From: Sarea resinae | Lineage: Eukaryota | DNA length: 64,000 bases | Assembly (NCBI GenBank): GCA_026026165.1 | Contig: JAPEUD010000013.1 | Coordinates: 1 to 64,000 of the forward strand | Direction: 5' to 3' | In this document: piece after piece, positions 48,961 through 61,269 of the stretch | Layout of the letters: every line of letters begins with the position of its first letter | How positions within the stretch are numbered: the stretch's first letter is position 1 | Made by a program: the position numbers and the translations under genes | The notes under the pieces: model-generated | Told to the model about the DNA's origin: nothing | Seen by the model: the letters and a program-made list of their open reading frames with translations, nothing else | Databases searched by the model: none

Positions 48961-49729
48961 TCTATGCCATCCTACTCTATTCAGCTCAGCGACCCGCTAA
49001 CCCCGCTCCGATAATATACGTATGTAGTAGTAGTATACCACCGCGGTAGGGGGATCAGCTATCTGAATAGCTCAAACCTGGTTTTCCTATCATTATCATA
49101 GAAGAGAAAAAGAAAAAAGAAAAAAACGAAGATAAAGATAATAAATAATAAATAGAAGAATAGATGGGTGTGCTGCATATAGGTGGAGCTATTAGATATA
49201 TCAGACATTTTATTTGATATCACTACAAGATTAAGCTGGATAGATAAAGCAAAGTGAGTAGTCTGTATGTTTGTTGAAGATTCCTAACTCAGACTCTGCA
49301 CTACATACAAGATAAGAGATATAATCGAGAACCGTCATTCTCTCTACTTGCGTGGCTGATCTATGACAGAAGTGGAAAGCATGGTAGAACCCACGGTCAG
49401 GAACATGTTGCAAGTGGTAGCACTCCGTCGGTCAGTCAGTCAGTCATGGAGATGGCCATGGATGTAAAGATGAATTGCATGATTGGGTATATATATGTAC
49501 AGTTTTCCGTCCGTCCGTTGAGTCTCAAATCTTTCGGCAGATTAAAGCAAAGAAGCAAGCAAGCAAAGAAGCGCCGCATAGCTCCACTTTCCATCCACTT
49601 CAATAAGAGGCCCTCTGCCATTCCGTTCCATCCGTTCCGTTCCGTTCCAATTCCCTCCTTTCATTCATCCCGTTACCATACGCCTGCCGATGAATGGAAG
49701 CCGACCCAACCAGTCCAATTGTTCGCCTG

Positions 49730-49762
<33 letters not shown>

Positions 49763-49777
49763 GTACATAACCAACGG

Positions 49778-51007
49778 TCAAGTGACCATAGGTTCCGCCT
49801 CGCCGTTGCTATGGATGACGCTCTCATTCATAGAGACGTCTCTCCTCTCGGGTGACGGACCAATGCGATCCAGGCCTAGCTCGAGCGTGGACGGAAGATC
49901 CTTCTTGCTCTCTCGAGCCTTCTGCTCGGCCCACGTGCGCAAGCGGACCAAGTTCCGTATGCGCGCTTCTCTACGTGCGCCTTGAGAGCTCAGTATGGCT
50001 TCATTGACTTTATTAGCGACGGCTTTGCGGAGACTAGGGTCGAGGAGAGCCGCTAGCGGTGCGGCGAGGTTGTCGGGAGGAAATATGAGGAGAGCCATTG
50101 TGCGTTCCAGGTCTTCAAGAAATTCGGGCTTGGTAGGTGCTCTGGGGGCTAGCTCGGTGGTGGCAAAGGTGAGGGCGGCGCTGATATCGCCGTTGGGGGT
50201 GGATGTGCAGTTCCGGATTAGCTCCACAAGCTGAAGGCGGAGGAGGGCGAAGTGGAGGGATGGATCGAGGTCCAGGATCTGATAAAGTCCGTATTAGTAT
50301 GACACTTGACTTTACTCTGCAGCTTGCTTGGGATAAAGTGAATGTGGTTCCGCTCATACTGAGGACTGAAGTTGTAGTTTGTTTCTCATCAACACCCCGA
50401 AGGGTATATGAGTGGTGCATGAAACAAATGTATAATCATGGCGAAAAGGACGAAAGGCGAGGCAAGACTTTTGACTTACTTGAGGATTGAGCTCATTGAT
50501 TTTCTCAATTGCCGTCTGTATGTCACCCGCATGGATAGCATTTCGAATCTCAACCCGTTCCTGTATCGACTCAACGTCTGCGGAAGGCTGAATGTTGGCT
50601 TCCATGGCGAATTTCTTCGCCGCAGACGGATACCCTTCGTTGATCAAGTAGTCCATGATCACAAAGTTGATGTCGCTAATGACAATCAGTACAGGGATCA
50701 ACAGACGAATGATTCTGGAGCAATGGACTGGGTTGGACACGAGTAGGATTCAGATAGACAAATTAACATATTCTCCTCAGTTGATTTCAGAGAGATTCCC
50801 AATTTGATTTTTAACGCATCATGATGGAAAGTGCCAACAGCAATGAAAGGGAAATTGGATCATACGTACGTCTTGGATGGTTTGACTTCATCGACACGAC
50901 GCTCGAAAGGATGCCTCGTGGGCGTCGCCGTCGAAGTCGTCGAAGACGTCTTGATTCGTGGTCAGCTTCGGAGCCTCACTACATCAGTGCACATCGTCAC
51001 TCACCAT
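49778..51007 (-). CDS. GID8: GID/CTLH complex subunit Gid8/TWA1 (LisH-CTLH-CRA), 4 exons
   Basis: M|TSSTTSTATPTRHPFERRVDEVKPSK|TDINFVIMDYLINEGYPSAAKKF...GDIQTAIEKINELNPQ|ILDLDPSLHFALLRLQLVELIR...LEDLERTMALL. Confidence 0.9.
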
Positions 51008-51474
51008 CTTGTAGGCCTGAAGCTATCCGTTTCCATTAGAAGGCTCAATCCGCTCTCCTCGGCCAGCGAGAACTCGTTGGCTTCTGCTGGATGCAAATAC
51101 GAAGTAGATGTGCGGATGGAGGATGGAGAGAGGAAGTTGAAGATGAAGTTGTGGTTGTGGTGGGAGAAGAGAAGAACGGAGATTGCAGGCTTACCGAATT
51201 AGGCCTTTAGCTTGTGGTTTAGCCGACAGCTGAGAGGTCTAGAGGTGCCAGTGCGCAAACTGCACAAACACCAGATAAGTCCTCAGCACAAGCAATCCTG
51301 CACCGACTTCGTTCATGCCAGTAAAGCACGTGAGGACCACTACAAGCTCTCAACCGCGATGAGCATGCCCGGCGCCGAGCAACCTTGACTATCGTGCATC
51401 TCCTGCTCACGATGCTGTGCTCCAATTGAAAGTCGCTTCTGCAGCCCGGTTTCCCGCGTGCGTGGGCGTCTGAT

Positions 51475-53230
51475 ATGGCCCTTGAAAATGTCCGCAGTGC
51501 GGGGACGCAGAGGGCTCATTATTCCCCACCATGGGCCAACACGAGTATCATTGGCGTAGCTGGAAGCTCTGGTTCGGGAAAAACCTCCCTCGCCGTTGAG
51601 ATTGTCTCGTCCCTAAATCTGCCGTGGGTTGTCATCTTGTCAATGGTATGCGAGAGAACCCGGGAAGAAAGGCCAGACATTAAGATCCTTTAGGACTCTT
51701 TCTACAGATCTCTCACCCCAGAAGAATCTGCAAAGGCCTTTCGGAATGAATTTGACTTTGATTCTCCCGAGGCAATTGATTTTGACGTCTTGGTTGGCAA
51801 GCTCCGAGACTTGAAGCAAGGGTAGGCTTGCAGGCATAGTAACGAAAACCATGGCTGATGACTTTTCAGGAAGCGGGCCGAGATACCAATTTATTCCTTC
51901 GAAAAGCATCAGCGACTGGAGAAAACTACGTCCATCTATTCCCCTCATGTATTGGTTTTGGAAGGCATTTTCGCATTATATGACCCAAGAGTGTTGGAGC
52001 TGCTCGATATGAAAGTGCGTAGTCCTTGCCGTTGAATCGTCTAAAAGCCTGCTAACACCTATCAGATATTTGCCGAGGCGGATGCTGATCTATGTCTAGC
52101 AAGAAGGAGTCCGTAGATTGCTTGTATGCATGACTGATTGAAGCTAATCGAAATCACTACAGTTACTCGAGATGTCCGCGATAGAGGGAGAGATATAGAG
52201 GGTTGCATCAAGCAATGGTTCAGTTTCGTAAAGCCGAATTTTCACCGTTTTGTAGAGCCGCAACGGAATATTGCAGGTAAGCACAGACCACCACCTTCAA
52301 TTACGCGGTCTAATTGTTTCACCAGATATCATTGTGCCACGGGGTATTGAAAACAAAGTGGCCATAAGTGTGTTTCTCTCCTAGTCTGCACTTCGCATAT
52401 GCTGACACAAACAGATGTGGTCGTCCAACATATACAGAGGACGTTGAGTGAGAAGTCCAAGGCACACCAAGAAGAGTTGAACAAGCTTGGGAAAGATGCT
52501 GAAGATGAGCGGCTGTCGCCAAATGTACTGCTCTTGAAGCAAACACCGCAGTTGGTGGGCATGTCTACCATTCTTCAAGATCCCAAGACCAATTCAGAGG
52601 ACTTTGTCTTCTACTTTGACCGTCTAGCTACTCTCCTTGTGGAGAGGTATGTCTCCTCGAACTCTTTTCCTGTGTCGTTTGCTGATTCCATACAGAGCAA
52701 TGGACAATACCCATTTCAAGGAAAAGACAGTAGTCACCTCGCAGGGCAACAAATACAAGGGACTTTTGCCAGTGGGAGAGGTAAGCAAGTCGAATCAATA
52801 TTGATCAGACGCTGATGTTACCTCTCATTAGATAAGCGCGGTGGTCATCTTAAGAGCGGGGAGTATATTGGAGACTGGTCTCAAACGTGTGATACCAGAC
52901 TGCCGGACGGGGCGACTCCTCATTCAAACCAACTATCGTACTGGAGAACCAGAACTACACTACCAAAAGCTAGGAGACGATATTGCAACCCACGACAGTG
53001 TCCTACTGCTAGACCCTCAAATGTCTAGTGGAGGAGCAGCCCTGATGGCAGTGAGAGTCCTGGTTGACCATGGCGTACCCGAGGACAAGATTGTGTTTGT
53101 GACATATTTTGCGGGGAGGATGGGCCTGAACAGATTACTCAATGTTTTCCCAGATATCAAGGTTGTCTTATGCGCTGTAGTGGAGGATTTCGAAGAGCGG
53201 TGGATCGAGAAGCGTTACTTGGGTTGTTAG
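51475..53230 (+). CDS. URK1: Uridine kinase with C-terminal UPRTase-like domain, multi-exon
   Basis: P-loop IIGVAGSSGSGKT, MDSFY, FDFDSPEAID, RDVRDRGRD, FVFYFDRL and LDPQMSSGGAALMA. Confidence 0.93.
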
Positions 53231-53359
53231 CATATATCAGGACAATGCCGCATATATAACTGCATTTTACACATGATTTGGAAGACCTAATGGGAAATTG
53301 GCAGTTCAAAGAGAACATATTGTGGTAGAAAGGCGCTATATACACAGAACCCAACCCGC

Positions 53360-54139
53360 TTATTTGGTTCTGACCTGCTTGAGTTTCTTCGGGCTGTGCA
53401 AGAAGTTGTTGGCGTACGCCTTGGGAATAAATTTGCGTTCGTTCGGCTCCTGCACAAAATATTCATAGCCCTGCTTCTGAGCGAACAAGATCGCATCGTC
53501 CTTGGACTTGAAGTTGATGTGGGTACCCTGCATAAAGTCCGCGGATGACTGCCAGCCCATCAGAGGGTTCTCCCATCGATCTCCCTTGCCAAGAACGTTC
53601 CAGTCCATCCTCCATTGATGTGAGTGCCAGTCTCCGGACTGAGTGGCGGTCTTTGCCGGACGATAGATGCTAGATATCCGTAAGCCAAGGTGCCGCCGAT
53701 CCCAAAGGACAGAAAAAACCATACCGGGCGACTCTTCCCTGGAGCTCGACGGGAGCACCGGACAACACTGCGGCAGGAGTGGTCTCTCCGGGTTCGCTTC
53801 CATCCATCACTCGATGCGGCACAGGGGAGAATGCTCTGTAGGTTGATTAGCGTCTCCACAAGACCATTACAGCGACTGTGATGCTCACGAGGTTCCATGG
53901 TCAATGGGAGCGCCGTAGTCAGGTCGGTGAGCTGGCAAAGCCTCGTCCGGACTCTGTTCACTGATCATCGACGAGTCTCCAGCTGTTGCTGCCGGAGAGT
54001 CGGAGGGTTTGGCCTTCGGGGCAGGTTCGATCGAGCGATCCGTGGCGGTTTGATTGAAGCGCACGCCGATGGGGGCAACACGGCCACTCACCGGCAGAGC
54101 GGTCAAGAGCCGTCTTCTTGCGATTGATGAGCGCAGCAT
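53360..54139 (-). CDS. NDUFS4: Complex I accessory subunit NDUFS4 (fungal 21 kDa / NUO-21), 3 exons
   Basis: AAVLSGAPVEL, IYRPAKTATQSG, RWENPLMGWQSSADFMQG and KAYANNF. Confidence 0.93.
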
Positions 54140-54440
54140 GTTGATCGTTTGCCTCTTCAAAGTGGTTGATCCGGCCCACGAGTACTACGAGTAGAGCGAT
54201 CTATCGATGTCTCGAGGAGGGTCGCGATGCTGATTAGTCATCCGCCAAGCCTCTGCAACTGCATCGCCGGCTACGTTCTTCTTCAAACCTCGAAAGTGTT
54301 CCCCGTTCCCGAATCGACATTCTCTCCCGCCATCTCTCCACTCCGTTCGATCGAGGTACGCTCCTTTGGAAGTAGAGGCTCTATCGCGTCTGCGATGAAT
54401 TGATCGACCAGCATAGCTAATATCCACCAAGTCCTACACC

Positions 54441-55068
54441 ATGAGCTTCATCGTCCGCCGCGGTCTTTCGACCCTTATCCCACCCAAGGTAAGCCATTGC
54501 CCCTCGAACGACTCATTGACGTCTACTGACCCATTCTGCAGGTGGCTTCGCCCTCTGTAAGTCATTACGTTGCTGATCCTGATGAATATGCCCACCGTCA
54601 ACGATTGTTTCGATGCTACACCTTTGGCCTTTCATAGCCGAGGCCTTTGCTTTCCGATTCACAGGATCTCCATAAGCGTGTCCATCAGATTTGTCTAACA
54701 GGTCTTTTGTAGGGCATTGGTGCTGCCCAAGATGCCGTTCGCATGCAACGGGTCGTCAGCTTCTACGAGAAGCTTCCCCGCGGACCAGCTCCCGAGGTGA
54801 AGGCCAAGGGTCTTATCGGAAGATACCAGGCACGCTACTTTGGAAAGAACCCATCTGCAGCCCGTATGTACACCCGGCGATGACTACTTAGCCGCTGCTA
54901 GATTTACTGACGTTCGAATAGCTATCGCCCATGTCATCCTCGCCATGCTTGCTCTCGGATATGCCAATGACTACTATTTCCATCTCCGTAAGGGCTTGAA
55001 TCATCGGAACCCGACGAAAAGTGGAGGGCTAATGAATGATAGGTCACCACAAGAACAACGCTCATTAG
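54441..55068 (+). CDS. ATP17: Mitochondrial ATP synthase subunit f, 5 exons
   Basis: Spliced MSFIVRRGLSTLIPPK|VASPS|GIGAAQDAVRMQRVVSFYEKLPRGPAP...RYQARYFGKNPSAAP|IAHVILAMLALGYANDYYFHL|RHHKNNAH*. Absent from the ORF track because the exons are short. Confidence 0.92.
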
Positions 55069-56190
55069 AGTCTCTTTGTATAGAGGATGGGACGGAGCGA
55101 TGGATAAAGTTTGCCCTCACATATGTATCTATACCTAGCAATGGAAGAGATCCAAGTCCGACCTCGTGCCTTTGTCTTCGACTACGTATATGGTACTCGC
55201 AATCCTATCCTGAGCATCTGGGAGGCAGGAGTGTAAGCATAGAGTTGAGAGGTGCGCGGTGGGTTGACAACAAGAATACTCTGCTGCCAAGCTGTTATCT
55301 CGCCCGCAGTACGATACTCGACGCGCGATGCTTGAGACCTTTCAGCACCCAATTTCTGGGTTTGTAGATCACTGATGAGGTCGTCTGCTTGCTGCGACAT
55401 TGCGCCCAATCTCATTGGCTGGACTATATTACCTGATAGAGTAGGTGAGGTGGTCACCCAAGAGTTGCCTTGCTCTCCTCCGGCGTACTCGAGGAGTGGA
55501 ACGGGTGCACCTGGTGGGTATAACGATGTTACCTCCCGAGTCATTTAGCAAAACGTAGAAAGCACCTGGGCATTCACTGCAGTGCCACGGCTGCCACGGG
55601 CAATGCACACCTACTACTCTTGATGGATGCTTGGTTCCAAGTCTTCATTGATGGTGTTTCGATTGCGTGGCAAGAATCCTGGTGACTCAAAAGCTCTACC
55701 TCTGGTGGCCTTAAAGCGGCGTGTCGACTGGGGCAGAGCGACCTTACCGAATTCAGTCTCGCGACGACAACTTGCTGTTGCCCATCAAGTCATTCAGAGC
55801 CATCTCCTTTTGCACATCTCCAACTTAAACCACGCCGAGTCAGCTGTTACCTTCGATTCTGCTCGAGGTCTGATCTCGCAACCCTCAAGCTTCTCTCTCT
55901 GGCCGGAGAAAGCTTTCTACTACCAGTGAAGCTGTTCCGCGACTGCTCCCAAGTGTCTTGAACCGAGCGTCATCGCCCATCACCAGAGCATCTCCCACCA
56001 TTCTCGCGGAAGAGCCAGCTGTATTATCGTGGCGACTTCTGTTACCTGACGATAGGTAGATCACTTTTGCTTCTCATGTTCCGTCCAGCACCATCATCAT
56101 CGGCTCCAATCAGCCATGTCTATCTCAGATGAAGATCACAGTTCTGACCGAGAGTGTTTGTACTCTTCCGAAACAGATTCGAGCATTGTT

Positions 56191-59100
56191 ATGGCAGAGC
56201 AGAGCGCCCACGATGTGGTAAACCAACCCAGGTCGGCGGGCGACGCTTCACCCTCCGACGTTACTGCGAACAAAACAAACGAGCCAACTACCGTGGGGAG
56301 CGTGGAGGACTTGCAACGATCTACTACAAACGATAAAGCTCAGAACCATGTTTCAGCTCCAGAAGCGGCGACTATTGATGCTACCGATCGAACCAACCGC
56401 GGATCCGAAGATCGAGGAGTGAGTGGGCTGGAACAAAGATTTTTTCATCTGCTGACTCTGGATAGCCGGGCGACCTTAATACCGAGAAACTTCCCTACCT
56501 TAATCACGACTCCGATGCTGTCGACGGCCCACAGTCTGATGGCGAGCTTCAGCGTGGCGACAGTACAGAGCATAATCGGCTCCACCATACCGTCGTGGAT
56601 GGCAGTGCGGGATCCGATACCGACACGAGCAAAGCTGACTCGGCCAAGGACGGCCTTTCCGACAGCCGAGGACATGTTCGTTCGAATTCCGTGAAGCGAC
56701 CAACATCTTTCAAAGCGGTCTCTGTCACGAGAAGCTTTCTCGCAAAAGCTGCAGCTGGGTCTGCCCCCGCCACAAAGGCTGGTGATAAAGGTGAATCTCG
56801 ATCTGTTTTTGGGCTGGAGCTCTGCTGATAATTGTAGCTTCTGGTTCTTTGGCGGGCCAGTCTTCTCAACCCGCGCCACGACCTCGGCTTGTGGCCAAAT
56901 CGGGAAGCGGTCTTCGGGATTCGTCTCCCAGATCTGCCAGTGTCGTCAACGAGTCTGGACGTGGCACAGGACCAGATCCAAGCAAGGTCTGGAACAAGAA
57001 CCGACGTGAGTTTAACCGAGATCATTCACGTTTTCCTGATTCGGTAAATCGAGCAACGTGATTTCACTTGCTAAACTATCATACAGCTGTCCAACCTCCC
57101 CCTCCGAAGCAATTCACGGATGAAGAGCTGAAACAGCAATATGGGATTCACCTGGCGACTCGCTTACAAGGAGATGATGCCGGCAAGGAATCTAAGTGGG
57201 CAGATATAGACGATGATGAGGATGACTGGGCACCCGAAGAAATTGAATGGAACGACGGTACCAAAACAAGCCTTCAGCACACTGAAGAGCAAGCAGCTCT
57301 TGCCGACCAAGAACTTTCCTCATCTCCGAAAGACCGGATGGTTGAAGTTGACAAAGCCAGCCCGCCTCCTACGCAGCAACCTCGACCTGTAGGCCCTAAT
57401 CCAACCATCTTAAAGGTCGGCGCACCAGTCACCGGACACACCAAAACAGGAAGCCTTATCTTGAAGGGAGCTGCAGAGAAACCAACGTTGGTAGCGAAAC
57501 CATCAGCACCCAGTCCGGTGAAATCACCTTGGGCACCCCTTCCACCCGTTGAGAAAGTCTCTCCAGTGCCAATCAATCCGCCTCGTCCACAACAACCCAC
57601 TCCACGTTTGCAGCAGAGGAATCCTCACGGTTTCGACACGATGCCCCGTGCTACGTCGCCTGCTAAAGAAATCGCGGCCGATGATTTTAACCGCTCGTGG
57701 CGCGACAGCTCTACAGCAAATCGAGAACTTTACAACTCGCATTCCGGCCGCTACGAACCAGTCAACGAAGTGAGGCGTGGCTCGATTCGGAATGAACAAG
57801 GTCCTCGTCAACCGGCTGTCCTGCAACGTCCCCATTCTGATCAGCAAGGCCCTGCAGAACCTTCTGCAGCATTTCAAACCAGCCGTAACGCTGTTCATCA
57901 GGAAGGGAGCTGGGGTCGTCGCCGCACTTCCTCCAATGTCAGTGGTGTGAGTGGTGGCTTCGGCAGACGCATGTCTTTTGGGAAACCAACAGACCTGCCC
58001 CATGACGGTGCAATGCAACACCGACGAGGATCCCAGGCCACAGAGAGTGCCATATCCCCGAGCGGCTTCTCACCTCAACTTGCGCAGCACCCGCAACTTG
58101 CAAGAGGATACTCCCCCTCTCGACCAAACCAGCATCAGTCCTGGCAGCAACACCAGTCTCCGAACTTGAGCAATGCCCATCCCGTATCCAATCATGCTAC
58201 AAGCACCCCGGGTGTCTCTCCTCAACTGCAACAAGCTGAGCTTGTGAAACCCGACCATGATCCAAATGCCCAAGCTCTAGAGCAGATTGCCCACCAACAG
58301 AACTTCATGAAGGAGAGGCGAGAACTCGCGATGAGACGCAGAAAAGAGGAGGAAGCGAAAGAGGAAGCGGCGAGGAGAGAAAGAATTAGGCTCAAGATGG
58401 AAGCCCTCGGGATGCTAGACGAGAAGAAAGATCCATCGAAAGACCAGGCAACTGCCGAATCAGAGCCTTCCAAGGAGACTGCTACTGTGGGGTCACCACC
58501 AAAGCCTCCTATGCCGGAATCTTTAGGTGAGATCAAGCAGTATGGGATGATGAAAGTCCATCAGCCGCAGCCAGTCCGCAAAGTATCCCCAATGGCTGTT
58601 GCAGATCATGGCTCCGACTCTTCACCAACCGAGCATGCACTGTCGCCGGCTAAGCCGGCCAAGTTGGAGCCTACCGTGGCCACCGACAAGCCTATCCAAA
58701 ACGGTACTATTGCCCCTCAAACGGACGATCGCCATATCAGCCCTGCCGCTCGCGCCGGCCCGCATAACCAGAACCATGTCCAGAGAGATCAGTCCTGGAA
58801 ACATGTGCCTTCTGCGCCGAATAACTATTCCGGCTGGAGTGGCGGTATGACCACGCACTCCACCGCAGGCGGCAACCTATGGGGTCCTCCGAATAGTGAC
58901 AAGGCTTTGGGAAATGGGACATTCAATCGCGATTTCTCAGCAATCTCGTCCGGGCAGGTGTCTCAAACACAAATTCCGGCTTCTGTTCCTGGGCCCATAA
59001 GACCTCCAGCTGCCGTCAGCAGACCTCAAGTGGCCGATGGGTTTCGACCCGTTGACGAGCCAAAAGCTCCTGTCGCTCCAATCGCAGTTAGCCGTCCGGG

Positions 59101-60562
59101 TCCGATTGCACCACCCACAGCACCCTCCGATCCGCTTCGACCGCGTAACCAGATCTCGTCTTGGAAGAATCTCCCAGCTCAATTGGCCCGTGATGATGCC
59201 GAAGCTAGAGAATTGAGTGATAAGCAATACGCTGCTCGCATGGAGGAAGAAACGCGGACAGGCAAAAAGCGTGACTTGCCACAGCCAACTTTCAAAGAGA
59301 CTTGGCGCCAGGTCAATGTGAACGAAGCTATGGGTCGGCGCTCGATCGTGAACGTTTCCAAAACCGCGACCGAAGAGCAAGGTGTTGCTCCGGCCAACCA
59401 ACCCATCCTTCCCACTCAGGCAGTCTCCCAGGCAGTCTCCCAGGCAGTCCAATATCCGCAGGCTCCGGTGAACAAGCCTGGATCTTCAGTCATGACGCCT
59501 CGTGGATCTCGATTCTTCCCCCACGCTGGCGACAGTCCACAAGCCCCCAATGGACCAGCTGCTATTGCTCATACATATACGTCGCCCGCTTCGCCACCTC
59601 CTCCCGATTCAACGAGTCATCCAGCCTATGAAGGGGATGTCAGCCATCCTCTTGTAAGCCTTCCGATGCTAAAGCCGAAGCCTATCGTGAAGCTTCCTCC
59701 GGCTGCTATCGCCCCGATCGCTCCTCCGAGAGCAGCACCAGCCGCCGGGCAAATCGAGTCTCTTCGTACGGTCCCTCAGCCTATAGCGAAGACATCATCT
59801 TGGCAAGATCGATTCAACGGTCTGCTTGGAAGGGTGCCTCAAGTGAATCAGGCCGTGACACCGCAAACTCCAAAAAGCTATGCTCTTGCTGTTAGTCCCG
59901 CTCCGGCGAATAGTAGTGTCCTTGCGGTCTCTTCTGCAAGTAAAGCTCCTCTCGATGACACATCGGCCCAGCTGTCGGCTACAGTATCGCTACCGAAGCA
60001 TGAAGAGATCCAATATCGATCGCCTTATGGGTTTCTGTTAGATGATAGCAGCGATGCAATATCTAGGGTGACTGAAGAACCGCTCTTTGAAGAACATCGC
60101 GAGCTTGGCTCCAAGCCGATCGTTAGACTGCCTAACAAAGCCCCGGAAAATGCATGGCAACCTGCTATGGCTCCGCCGAATTCGCGGCCAAAGTCAAAGT
60201 TCCAACACCAACATAAGCCTCAAGTCCTTAGCGTGGAGCCGTTCCTATTCAGCCTTCAGGATAAAGAGAATCAGACACCTCAGGGTATCATCATATCTGT
60301 ACGCCTCCCGGGAGCGGACTCTACCAAATCTCACGTCATGACTCGCCGTCCAAATTCATCTCGCCAGTCTTCTCGTCCCCGCAATTCTTCGGCGGGATTC
60401 AGAAAGAAGCAACCCATGAGACCAAAGGAGGGTTTGGGCAATGTTCCTTCTCAGCGATCTGCTTCATCAGGTTCACCCAGGCCGCCTATGCAACCGGGAT
60501 CTACGAGGTCCAACCTTGGCAGTGGAAACTGGAACCGACGTGTATCTGGGGTAGCGCAGTGA
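56191..60562 (+). CDS. Large disordered conserved protein, possibly PRRC2/BAT2-like, about 4 exons
   Basis: 1164-aa terminal ORF. Ordered islands include KPTSFKAVSVTRSFL-like, KVWNKNR, FTDEELKQQYGIHLATRL, KWADIDDDEDDW and the coiled coil RELAMRRRKEEEAKEEAARRERIRLKMEAL. Confidence 0.75.
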
Positions 60563-61269
60563 TCATCTCAGCAAAGTCGGTCTTGTTGGGCATTCCCCTT
60601 TTCTTTCTCTATTGTCATGTTTTGCACTTAGCAGAGCGGCGCATAGTCGCCGGCGTGCGAGGATTGTCGGAAAGGCTCAGTATCTACTGTTCCTCGCTCG
60701 ATCCATATCTGTGTTGCCTGCGAGTCCTCGTATCTTCCAGCAAACATTTTCTCTACAGGAAACCATATCCGCCAGCGGAGCTGGTAGCCCGCCAAGGGCG
60801 CCATCCAGCGAGCGACCTGATTGTCTTTGTATCTCTCGGCTTATGCTCGTTGCAACCTCGATGACTGCCCTTAGCTGTCATAGCAGGTGCAGCAACAATT
60901 CAATGAATGGCTTGAATAATAATATCTACATGATTCAAATGAAGTTTCGCAAGTTTGCTGTAATCCTGGTGAAGAGTGATGTCGATGAAGTAAGTAGAGG
61001 TACTGGTGAATCCACGCAAGATGCGGGTGAGAAAAAGTAGAAGATACTTTACCTCTAAACGACTAGCGCAGGACCGGGAAGCTGTACCCAAAAAGTTCAG
61101 TGGTTATCGATTAAGTTTTGAAGAAATAAAGCAGTAGAGCTGCGTGACAAGACTTTCCACATTGCCCCTACGTCCTCCTCTGACTGTCCTTGAAGTCTCT
61201 TCTTGTGAGATTGAAGATGGTCTACGGGCGATAACATCTGCGATACTGTCAAAGTCCTCCATATCCAAA

